DNA of 64,000 bases, from assembly GCF_000002075.1 (NCBI RefSeq), contig NW_004797578.1, forward strand, positions 464,493-528,492. The letters run 5' to 3'. The number at the start of each line of letters is the position of its first letter. Within the stretch, counting starts at the first letter, position 1. The notes beneath the pieces were generated by a model, which saw only the letters and a list, made by a program, of their open reading frames with translations, was not told the DNA's origin and made no database searches. A program made the translations under genes and the position numbers. Origin of the DNA: Aplysia californica. Lineage: Eukaryota. Positions 25,401-37,500 of the stretch are shown in pieces.

Positions 25401-28400
25401 CTAGAAAAAGGTAAATGCAAAGATAGCCTTGGAGGCAAGCTAGTTTAGAGGTTAAGTGTATGATTCTCCATTATAAGGTTGGGGGTTAACACTTTCCACC
25501 CATGCATTGCACAGAGCACACAACGCTTGCCTTCACGGTCCAGGGTGCAGATGCGGTACATCAGTATGTGGTTAGTTGGTTTATTTCAGGAAAAGTGATC
25601 GAGTACCTATTTCACATTCAAGAAAAGAACAAGGGCAGGCCGAGGCGTGAGCCACAGACTGTGGAAGACCTCGTGAGTCGTGAGTGGCAGTCGGGGGGCA
25701 AGAGCATTGTCACTCGTCAGTGCAAGTTGGTCAGCGTATGGTGCTAGATAGGGACTGTAGAGTAGGCGGTCGCGTGAAATGTGAATTTGTGACTTCTTGA
25801 TGGACATCCTGCAGTTGTTGATTGCTACAAGAAGTGGGTGTTTATATTTAGACTACACAGTACTACACCTGTATCTCGGCAAAAATACCCCAACTAATAT
25901 CAAACTTTCTGTATACTGAGAAATTATTTAATGATGATCACATGTTCACCAAGAGAGGAATTAGAATCTGAACTGAAAACATTAGATCTAGCTCATTTTT
26001 CACCCGCATTCTCATCAAAGTGTAAGGGTAAAGCAGCATTGGTCTTCTACATTTTTCAAAAAAATTTTATTCCAGTTGTTGCATACATACTGATTTCAAC
26101 CTCAAAGGCCACACAAACCATTGAGAAAGGAAATTTAATTTTAACAAGTGCGCATGTCAAAAACGAGATCATTGCTACTACATTTTTTTTGCTATATCAC
26201 ACTGTCGCTCATCAGCGTCCCGTGGGGATAAGGGACGGCTTGTTACCGTCACCTATCGGCGTCCCGTGGGGCAAAGGGACGACTTCTTACTGTCGCCGAT
26301 CGATGTCCCATGGGGGCAAAGGGATGGCTTCTTACCGTCACCGATCGACGTCCCATGGGGGCAAAGGGACGACTTCTTACTGTCACTGATCGACGTCCCA
26401 TGGGGCCAAAGGGACAGCTTCTTTCCCTCATTGATCGGCGTCTTGTGGGAAAAAGGGATGGCTTCTTTCCGTCATTGATTGGCGTCTTGTGGTGAAAAGG
26501 GACGGCTTCCTACCGCTGCCGATCGGCGTCTTGTGGGGGCTAAGTGTTAAACTGTCAGTGCCAGCTGGTGGTTGTTAGTGTTCTTTTTGTCATTCCGACA
26601 ACCTGTTGACCCTTGTCATTGAAGTTTGGAAGTTGGTGGTTGGCGGATGCTCTGTTGTGGTTTGCTCCTTCTTTCCTATCAAACATCTATCATTTTTATC
26701 TACCCTCCTTCTTTTTTGTGTTTGTTACTCCCTTGTAACACCTCTAATCTTCGGCACTTATATGACCTAATTGTGTTGCAAGTGCTGTAAAACTCTTACA
26801 AAAAAAGAAGAAAGAAGTTTGGAGAAATTCTTCAAATTTAGTATGTTTGGAGTTCTTCATCTATATGAAACGTAAACAAAAGAAGATAATTCGTACATTT
26901 TTCCTTTACACAAATTTCAATTAAATATTTTGTATGTGTCTTTTGCAGATCCAAACAAGTTTGAAAATTTGAGTGGAGCTGACCTAGAGGATGCAATAGA
27001 TCAACACAGAAAAGCTGTTTTGTCAAGGCTACGAAAGACTATCTATAACTGGAAACCAATGAAGTATGTTTCATGAATATTCTTTTTTTTTCTTTTATCC
27101 GCCGCTTATACCCTTTTGGGTGTCGCGGGAAGAAAGAGACGTCTCTCTGTCGCCAGCTGGAGAGCTTGGGTCGGGGGATGCCGTGGGTGGTTAATGTTTC
27201 CCTGACTCCATCTATCCAGGTCTTTCTCAGTCGTCGTCTAGCCTTGTTGCCATCAAATTTTTTTATGTAGGCACGTTGTGCTGGATGGTGTGTTGTTAAT
27301 CGGTTTCGTGAAAATAAATGCCAAATTGTCTCCTTGTCTTCAAATTTAAAGTGTTTTGTAAAATTGTGTGTCCATGTTTGTGTGAATCAGTCCTCAACTT
27401 AGAACATATTTTTTGACAGGTCTACAGAAGACTCTCAAGATCTGGAAACCAGCAAAATACATTTCATGAATACTCTGATTCTGATTCATGCAATTCAAAG
27501 TGTGACTTGACTCTTATTGCATTACAAGCTACTGTTCAAATCACATTCAACCAATTAATGGGGCATTCTTGAACTTGGCCATGGCTTTTCAAAGATGGAT
27601 GTTCAATTTATAAGTTTTGCTCCTTAACTAGCCTTAAAGTATTGAAAGTGACATTAAACCTGCACATTTAAGAATTACTGGGATGTTGACTTGAGGTTGT
27701 ATCATGTGTAAAGAACTTGTTCTTGGCTGCATTTTATCTGACTGCAACCTTATGAAGCATGTCACTTGTCAAGAGACACAAAATGAAATGGTGGGTGGTT
27801 GGCGTGTGCTCTGGTGTGGTTTGCTTCTTCTTTCCTATCAAACATCTATCGTCCTTATCTCCCCTCCTTCTTTTTTGTGTTTGTTACTCTCTTGTAACAT
27901 CTCTGATCTTCGGCACTTATATGATCTTATTGTGTTGCAGTGCCATAAAACTCTTACTAAGACTAAATGAAATGAAAGTTAAAAAAGACATACAACAATT
28001 TTGATTGCCCCTCTTCACCAGATAGCCTACACATTGTAGTTATCCAACTTGTTGCAGCTTCAATAGTTTATCTAGTCAGGTTTCGTTTTCTGTAATGTTT
28101 TTGTTTGACAAGCTTCTTATTTTTTATACTTTGCTTCTGTTTCAGCTTTGATGCTTTCACCTCTTACACCTACATGGTTGGAAGGACGTCTTTTGACTTC
28201 TCTGTCATTATGCAGTGTTTTACAGAGGTATGTTCCTTGTACTTTTCAGTTGCTTTATCTTGCCAAGCTCAGTGTCATTTATGAGGAAAAAACAAAGGGA
28301 AATATGGCATAATCTATCTGAATGGATTAGACATCTTTATACTTATCATGCACAAGGCAGGAGTAGGCCACAGGAAACATGGAGGAGATGCGTGGAAAGG

Positions 28401-31400
28401 GATATGAGAAAGATGAAGCTCACTTGGAACGAGCTTGGAAGGATGGCCCAGGACAGAGATAAATGGAAGGAGCTTGTATGTGGCCTATACCCTGCCAGGG
28501 GTGAAAGGCATTGATGAGAAGATACTTATCGTTGTTCTTATCATTGCCCTCAGATATCAAAACGAGATCTGGACTTCCAGCCGTCCACTGTGTATCACTA
28601 TGGGTCAAAGGTCGGGGCCTGTGTCTGGTAAGTCAAAACTTTGCTCTCAATTGGTCGCTTTTAAGGACAAGTGGGCTATCCCGAAAAATGCTGTTTTGAG
28701 AAAATCGAAGGTAAAGTTTGTGCCCCTTGTTCGGTTTCGTTAAAAAACATGGAGACTTTTCTCGATAACCAAACAAATATATTCATCAATGAAACCAAAC
28801 TTTTCCTATAGGTAGGGCAATGCCCACTTTTGGTGCAGGTCAAGTTTTCTGGAACCCCCCCGGAATCTGGGTTAGCCCGCTTGTCCTTAAAAGCGACCAA
28901 TATTCTTTGTGACTTTCACTGTGTATAAAAAGCAGCTGGCAATATTAGTGCAATGTTTTAAATGCCTTGTCAACACACAGAAGTTGAGAATCTTTGTCTT
29001 TTGTGGGGTAGGAATTTTTCTCATCCTTCCTGGAAGTTCAAGTGTGGACACTGTATCTTTGTCAAGCTTTAGGCTATGGGTCTTGGAAAAGAGAACCGTC
29101 CATTCAGAATCATCTGACTATTCTTCAGTCAGACTCGACATATGAATGATGAGACTTATCAAACTCTCAGTGTGAAACATTGATGGGAAAGTCTGTGGGT
29201 GGAAACAGAGGAGATGTTTTTGTCATTTCTGTTTTTAACTGGTCAGAAAGTGGTCTTAATGAGATGCAAACACCGGTCACAATGGATTTAATTTAGACTG
29301 ATGCATGCCATTATCAGAACAAGTTCTTGGGAAGTACAAAGTTTTGACCATAGTTTGCCGACTGGACAGGCCACCCTTGATCCCACTTTGTACTTCTGGC
29401 CCTCTTGACCCCTCCCCGAAATTAGCTATTCATTGCCAAAAATGTCAAAGACAGAATTTTTCTTTGGCTCCCTCTTGGGCAGGTTCGACTGTAGTTTGCA
29501 AACAGAAATGTTCAAGTTAATATTGTGTTCAGTATCTTTTGTGTCAAATGCCTCATCACTACATGTTTCTTTGGGTTTGTAGGTATGCCCAACTTTTTTG
29601 TCTGTTGAGGTTAAGTATGGATAGGGATTTTCTTATGAAAATATTATATATGTGAGTTTAATTAATTAACAGAACTGTCTATCCATTTGCTTACTTCCTG
29701 ATATAAAGTTCTCTGTTGATGAAAAATCAAAATGAGCACATGTAGAAACTTATTCAATGCACCTAGTGGCTTATGTTGTTGAAAGTTTAACCTTTCTGTT
29801 TATATGTAAAAAAAGATATGAGTTTGATTTCCTACTGGGAAAAGTCTTTTGTACCTAGTACCTCCGTTATTCTGCCTGAATGATGTGTCTCCTCGCTAAC
29901 AAACATGACTGTACCCCCCGGGGTGGTGCTACTAACTGAAGTGTCTTTAGGCCATTCCCAAAGGGGGGACATTCTCATCTCGAGTTCTTATGCACAGTAG
30001 AATTGTAAATGGCCTGATTCATCAATTTCATGCTCGTAACTGCCTGAACTGCAACAGGGAACTGCTGCTTTTTTTTTTTTCCTAATCCTTACTATCGTCA
30101 TTTTCCTCTACTTCTTTTGTATGTTTGTCACACTCCTATGACCCGCTATTTCCGAGGTGCCTTGATAGTTGAAGCAGACTTTGTGCTGTTGAAGCTAGAG
30201 AGGTGACCAGAGTAAGTCTGATTCCCTGTTAGGACTTCTCTGTTGACACCCACCCCTTGGCGCTCATATGACCTAATGCAGTTGCGAGTACCGTAAAACC
30301 TTTTCTAAAACTAAAAACATGGCTGAAGCAACTCACCTAAATGATTTAAATTGTGTTGATGAGGGCAGAAAACATCTATCTATCACTTTCAATCATCACG
30401 CCTTTTGTCCTGCCTTCATTTTCAATCATCCCGCCTTTTGTCCTGCCTTCATTTTCAATCATTACGCCTTTTGTCATGCCTTCATTTTCAATCATTATGC
30501 CTTTTGCAATGCCTTCACTTTCAATCATTACGCCTTTTGTCATGCCTTCACTTTCAATCATTACGCCTTTTGTCGTGCAGGGCGGCTGACAAAACATGGC
30601 GGAGCATTGGAGAGCACTACTGTGTGGATAGTTCGTCCCACATGAGCACCATAGCAAGGCTGTTGCTGCAAGGTGAGCCATCTGTCCTTCCACTCGTCCT
30701 TGATCTTGATTGTCTTGAACAAACCCTTTTTGTGGGTGGTTGGCAGGTGCTCTGGTGTGGTTTGCTTCTTCTTTCCTATCAAACATCTATCGTCCTTATC
30801 TCTCCTCCTTCTTTTTTTATGTTTGTTACTCACTTGTAACATCTCTAATCTTCAGCACTTATATATGACCTTCTTGTGTTGCAAGTGCCGTAAAAGACAT
30901 ACTAAAAAAACCCAACCTCTTTTACCTGATGCTTTTATAAAAATGATCACAGCTGGATTTGTTGCCGCATTGTTCATTAAAAGAACCAGTTTTTCCAGAT
31001 GTCTGTGATAATAATAATAAATAAAAAGCATTTGTATAGCGCATATCCCCGCTCAACAGCAGGCTCTATGCGCTTTACACCATATTATTACCCCAGCAGA
31101 CCATAGGACACTCCGAAACATTCTCAGCTTCCCGGGAAACATACAGCGCAAGCAGCTGATTAGCACTCAAACACTAACAAACTGACAAGATCTTTCGCTG
31201 TCTATAGCCGGGTACCCATTCCCACCTGGGTGAAGTGAGGAAAATTCATGTAAAGTGCCTTTCCCAAGGACACAACGTCGGGCCCCTGACGGGATTCGAA
31301 CCCACGACCTTACGGTTGCGAGTCCGAGAGCCTAACCACTTCACAATTGCATGCAAAAAACTTTAGTTCAAATCACTTTGGGGAGTACTTTTTAGAGTCT

Positions 31401-31503
31401 TTCTGCTGGGATGTTGTATATATTTGAAAGGTTTTGAAAATGGGAATTCCAATGTAAAGCGCATTGAGCTACTTTTTTTGGAAATGCGCTGTATGAATTG
31501 TTA

Positions 31504-31549
<46 letters not shown>

Positions 31550-34500
31550 CCCCCCACTTGAGGTCAGTGCTGACAGTCAAGATCAAAGCAGCCTGTTTTC
31601 TAAACAACCTAAAATGTGTCAATGGGAGGGGGGGGGGGGGGGTATATATTCACAATCATTTTCTGTTTCCCTTGTCAGCCATGTCAGTCACAGACTTTCT
31701 TTTGTTTTGTTTCTCTGACACATTACATTATTACATAGCTGGATGCTTTCAGTCAATTTTCAAAAACTACGTTTTGATTACTTTAGTGTTGGCAAGTACT
31801 ATCAAAGTAGATATATCTTCAAACAAAATTATATCTGGGAATGTATCTTTTGAAGAAACCTTTTCACTTCATCAATGGCTTTTTTTCTGTTTCAGATGGT
31901 AACGAGCAGGAGACAGTGATGTCTATAAAGGGTGTCCACTTCAGACAGTTTGAGCCTAGCCCAAAAGAGGTAATTTTTTGTTTTGAAAAAAATATGTTTT
32001 ATTTACTGTGAGTGAAACTAATGATTGACTGTTGACTCTGTTACAAACACATTGTTTTTCGCGAGCATATTTTTCAGGAACTCGTGGAAAGCGGAATTTC
32101 TATCAATATGTGGCTAATAAAAGTTGTATTTCAACATGCGATACTGAAATAGTGTAGTTGTACATCGTTACATGTTAGCATTAGAGAAGGAAATTCTGGT
32201 GTGGTTTGCTCCTTCTTTCCTATCAAACATCTACCGTCCTTATCTCCCCTTCTTCTTTTTTATATTTGTTACTCTCTTGTAACACCTCAAATCTTCTGGC
32301 GCTCATATGACCTTATGCCTTATGCAGTTGCGAGTGCCGTAAAACCTCTACTAAAACAAACAAGTAGTATAAACTTTTCTAATGCTGCCAGTGTATTATT
32401 ACTTACTTGCTTTACATTTTCATCCTCTGTTGCCGTTAAGCGTCGAGGGGAGATGCAGTTTTCTATGGTAGGCCAGCTCTGCAGCTCTTTCAGTTGTGAT
32501 GTTATGTTTTCTTAGGGTTTCCTTGACACCCTCGATCAACCTTTTGCGTGGCCTTCCTCTTCCTTTATAGCCTGAGTGCTTGGTGTGGTAAGTTCTCGAG
32601 GCTGGCTGGTCAGGTGACATGCGTAACAGGTGACCAAACCATTTTATCCTCTGTCTTTCTATGTAAAGCAGGCAGGACTCAGTGCCGATAGCTGCTCTTA
32701 CTTCTTCATTTCTCTGCCTGTCTATTATTAAGTTTTATTACAAAACAAAATGATGATTCTTTCTTTGTCCAGAACAAGTTTTCCCTGGTGGTCAGCCCGT
32801 TCATGTTGATAGAACAACCCTCGGCCGAGGAGAGGATGAACCTGGTCCTCAGCTTGTGGGAAATGACCGAATCCTACCTGGTGAGAAAGATTTTTTTTTT
32901 TGTAGAGGTCGGCGCTCGCAACTGCATAAGGTCATATAAGTGCCGAAGATTAGAGGTGTTACAAGAGAGTAACAAACACAAAAAAGAAGGAGGGGAGATA
33001 AGGACGATAGATGTTTGATAGGAAAGAAGAAGCAAACCACACCAGAGCACCCGCCAACCACCCACTGAGAAAGTTTGGCTGTCAATAATTCTATGGCCCT
33101 GTGCTGTAAAACTCTTACCAAACTAAACTACTTTATTACTGTGAGTGATTGCTCAAGAGTCATTTGTTTAATTGTTAGTTATAGTGTGTTAGTAAGTTCT
33201 GATTTTTTAATATACTTATATACATTTTTTGTGGGTGGTTGGCGGGTGCTCTAGTGTGGTTTGCTCCTCCTTTCCTATCAAACATCTATCGTCCTGATCT
33301 CCCCTTCATCTTTTTCATGTTTGTTACTCTCTTGTAACAGCTCTAATCTTCTGGCGCTCATATGACCTTATGCAGTTGCGAGCGCCGTAAAACCCCTACT
33401 AAAACTAAAACTTATATAAATTTGTTATTTATTTATTTTTTTTACTGTCCTTTTATGTATAGTTAATGTATGGTTGTGAAAGCTCTTCTTTATGTGGTTG
33501 AGCTGGTTTTTCTGTGATACGTTTTTTCTTGTGTGAATGATTATGTGATTGGTGTAAAGCGTTCAGAGCCTATACTTGTATGGGATAGAGCGCTATATAA
33601 ATGCAATCTATTATTATTATTATTATTATTATTATTGAGTACTGTAAAACTAAAATAATCTGCTGCCACTGAAATTTGGCTGTTATCATCACGCTGACTT
33701 CCTGGAAACTTCCATTCAGCAACATAGACAAAGCAACAAAGATTTGCAAGTGCCGTAAAAAAGCAAATATGACCTTATGAGGTTGCAAGCACTGTAAAAA
33801 CTTTTACCAAACTCATACTCAAACTGGAATGACTCACAATGATATCTTTTTTTTTTACATCTTCAGGTACTGATTGAAAATGGGACAACAGCAGGATTTA
33901 ATTTGATAAATGAAGCGAAGGAATTTCTTTTGAATGTAAGTAGCCTTCTAAATTAACTCCTTTTCTCCAGCTAGCCGCTCCCAGTGGCTCGCGGTGGGAA
34001 CAGCTGTGCCGATGAGTCGCTGGCAGCTACTTTGGCATATTTCTTTACAACAACTTTGATGTCAAATTACTTTTTGGCAATTGCCGAAAACGGATTTTGT
34101 ACAGGGAGTTAATTCATAAGATAAAGAACTCTCAAAATAAGTTCATTTTAAAAAATTTAATGACCAATTTAGTGACGTATACGTCAATTATAGATTTCAT
34201 GTCAAAAGAAGGCCCCGACATAGTGGGTTTACCCCCCTTGGAGATGAAAAGATAAGCAGAAACTTTTATGATGAATGGGCCCCAATGACTATGTTCATGT
34301 TTTTGTTGTTATCGATCCAGCAACATCTGGGCTCTTGCCCTTCTGTCCAATGCCATGTAGACTATGTTCATAAACCGACACATGCTTGACATTTTTGTGA
34401 ATCTGACTTAGCTAACTACTTGGCCACTGTTTTTGACATGAAGCTAAAGGTTTGATGTCTGTGATGAGTGGGGTTTCAGTACAATATGATAGTTTTCTTC

Positions 34501-37500
34501 TACTTCATTCTATTTTTTTTTCTCTCTTGTAATACCTCTGATCTTCTGGCGCTCATATTACCTTATGCAGTTGCAAGCGCCGTCTCTGCTAAAACAAAAA
34601 ACATTTCCGTGAAAAATAACCCAAAACGAGTTCGTACAGCTTTAAAGTGACCCTCTACTGAATTTTCCAGGTTTCTCAGGTGGATGGCACAAGCCGGTTC
34701 CAAGGTCACGTGTTTGCACCAGTAAGACCCAAGCTTTTTTCTTATTTTTTAAAGAACTGATTCGGTTTATGTTTGACTGTGATTGTTTTTTTCTCAATTT
34801 AGTGGCGGGTGGTTGACGGGTGCTCTGGTGTGGTTTGCTCCTTCTTTCCTATCGAACATCTATCGTCCTGATCTCTCCTCCTTCTTTTTTATGTTTGTTA
34901 CTCTCTTGTAACACCTCTAATCTCCGGCATTTATATGACCTTATTATGTTGCAAGTGCCATAATACTCTTACTTAAACTAAACTAAACAATTTAGAGCCA
35001 CCTTTCTGCTTCGGATGCAGCATTACCTCCGTAGTTGACTCATGATGGCAAACGATTAATTCTTAAGATGTGATGTCTTTTTTTCGATGTAATGCGCATT
35101 GAGCATTTTTTTAGATAATGGAAATATGCTGTATAAATGCTATTTATTATTATTATTATTGTTGTTTCATTGCTGAAACATAATGCATGATGTTTTATTT
35201 TTTATTTTGACGTATCATAGTGCCCGCATGACAAGCCATGTCCCAAGCTGAGGGAACAGAAGATGCCTTGTCTCACAGAGTGTGTCCACAAGGAAGTCGA
35301 TATCAAGTCCAGTAAATTAGTAAGTCAATCTACCCAGTCAAGTAAATTAGTGAGTCAATGTACCCAGTCAAGTAAATTAGTGAGTCAATCTACCCAGTCA
35401 AGTAAATTAGTGAGTGAGTCAATCTACCCAGTCAAGTAAATTAGTAAGTCAATCTACCCAGTCAAGTAAATTAGTAAGTCAATCTACCCAGTCAAGTAAA
35501 TTAGTGAGTCAATGTACCCAGTCAAGTAAATTAGTGAGTCAATGTACCCAGTCAAGTAAATTAGTGAGTCAATCTACCCAGTCAAGTAAATTAGTGAGTC
35601 AATCTACCCAGTCAAGTAAATTAGTGAGTCAATCGACCCAGTCAAGTAAATTAGTAAGTCAATCGACCCAGTCAAGTAAATTAGTAAGTCAATCTACCCA
35701 GTCAGGTAAATTAGTGAGTCAGTCTACCCAGTCAAGTAAATTAGTGAGTCAATCTACCCAGTCAAGTAAATTAGTGAGTCAGTCTACCCAGTCAAGTAAA
35801 TTAGTGAGTCAATCTATCCCTAGAAATCCTGTCTCCTCACATTTTTATGTATACCTTCCTGAGATGACGTCATGAATATTTGCGCCAGTTGCAATTCAGA
35901 TCTTGTTGCTCTACCAGGCGTAATAAATACTTATGGCTCGGCACTTATTTGATCTTATTGTATTGTTGCAACTGCTGTAAAACTCTTACTAAGACAACCC
36001 CCCCCCCACCACCACCATCATAAAAAAAACACCAAAAACCAAAAAACTAAAGGCTTGGATAGGCAGAAGAGGAAAGGAAAGGTGTTGAAGAAAAATCACA
36101 AAGGTACTGACTGATCAATATATAGGAAGGTGAATCTGAAAATTGCATTTGCAACTGACTGTAGAGCACACTTTACTCAGTCATGTGTAACTCAAGATCA
36201 CGGGACCCAAGAACATGATTTAACAAAATTATTTACAGCATAACTTTCTTGATTACCTTTAAAGGCTGTTATTTCCGATAAAATTAAACATTGATCGCTT
36301 TTTTTTTTTTTCAGAGTGAAAAGCCCAAGAAAAATGCAAGATATTCATATGTTATTCTGAAAAAAGGAGTAAGAGAAGAAGAGGGTGAGTTTGTGTGGTG
36401 GTGAACAAAATCTATGAAACTTGGTGAAATGTCCTGTCTTTGCCTCGGTTCTTTCGCAATGTCTGTCTTACTTTTTACTAGCACTCTGTTGAGATTATTG
36501 TATCTTTGTTCTTCTTTTTATTGAAACAAATGAGGCAAAAAAAGGAAACAAAAGGTTTAAATGAAAAGTATAAGTTTGTAGTCTTGTGTGGTATCTTGCT
36601 TGTCAGGTTTGCCCTTTGTTGAGAGAGAGAAGTAGTGATTTGGGGTAGTGGTTGGGGGGGGGGGGGGGGGGGAGCATTTAAAAAGTTGCAACGGGTCCCA
36701 AATCATTATTTTCTGTATAGTTTTGCTATTTAAGATGTACCTTCAATAAAACATCCTCTGTGTACGGCTTGATAATTATTTCTTTATACAAATGACCTTT
36801 CACTTCATATAGTTAGCAATGTTGACGTTTGATATATCTGTAAATTAGAATTAAAAACTGTTCATTGCATAAGTTTACCTTTTGTGTCAGCTGATTGAAA
36901 CTATGCACCACCCACATTCCTAATGGCATACCCCCCCCCCCTTCACTTTTTGTTCAAGTCCTTGATCTGACACAGACATCAACAATTATGGTCTGCAACT
37001 CATTTCTTCCCTCAGGGGCTCTGAAAAAGAATTATTATATTATCCTGTTTTTTTCCTGTCATCTGTTTGTTCAGGTTCTCTAAGTGATTCATTCTTGGGG
37101 GTCTACCTCTGCCTCTTTTGCCTTCTCATTTCAATCTGCTAGTGTGGTTTTCTAGTTGTCTCATTTGACCTTGTCCTTGACCTTTCTGTGAACAGAGTTT
37201 GGCTGGCCGCGGGTTCTACGTCAGATCAAGGCCAAGCGCCACACCCACTGCCATCTGTGCCTGCCCTGTGGTCAGCTGCAGCATGTGGTCATCACTAAGG
37301 GCAAGTTTGACAAGTAAGTTCTATCCTAGTCACAGCTTGGCTTATTTGTGAGGCAAGCTGTTCAAATGTTTTAAGCCCAGAAAGTGCAGTTTTCCAGGAG
37401 AGAAAAAACTTTCATTTTTTAAACTATTGCACCTACGTTATGCATCTTTTCTGTGGGTGGTTGGTGGGTGCTCTGGTGTGGTTTGCTCCTTCTTTCCTAT

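Noticed and set aside
33350-33392. Shared tail hairpin as a hammerhead/twister ribozyme or Helitron terminator
   Set aside because: No CTGATGA/GAAA core or twister pseudoknots; TSDs and A-rich tails indicate a retroposon 3' recognition stem-loop.
1674-34290. Intronic C/D snoRNAs suggested by ATGATGA boxes (e.g. 1674, 3747, 8534, 29146)
   Set aside because: No properly spaced CTGA D box with terminal stem or recognisable rRNA antisense element seen; snoscan/Infernal would be needed.
26205-35820. Tandem arrays as CRISPR-like loci
   Set aside because: Head-to-tail repeats without unique spacers, no cas genes, eukaryotic context.
35414-35875. 153-aa (SQSTQSSKLV)n ORF
   Set aside because: Translation of an intronic 30-bp minisatellite, out of frame with METTL17 and starting at GTG.
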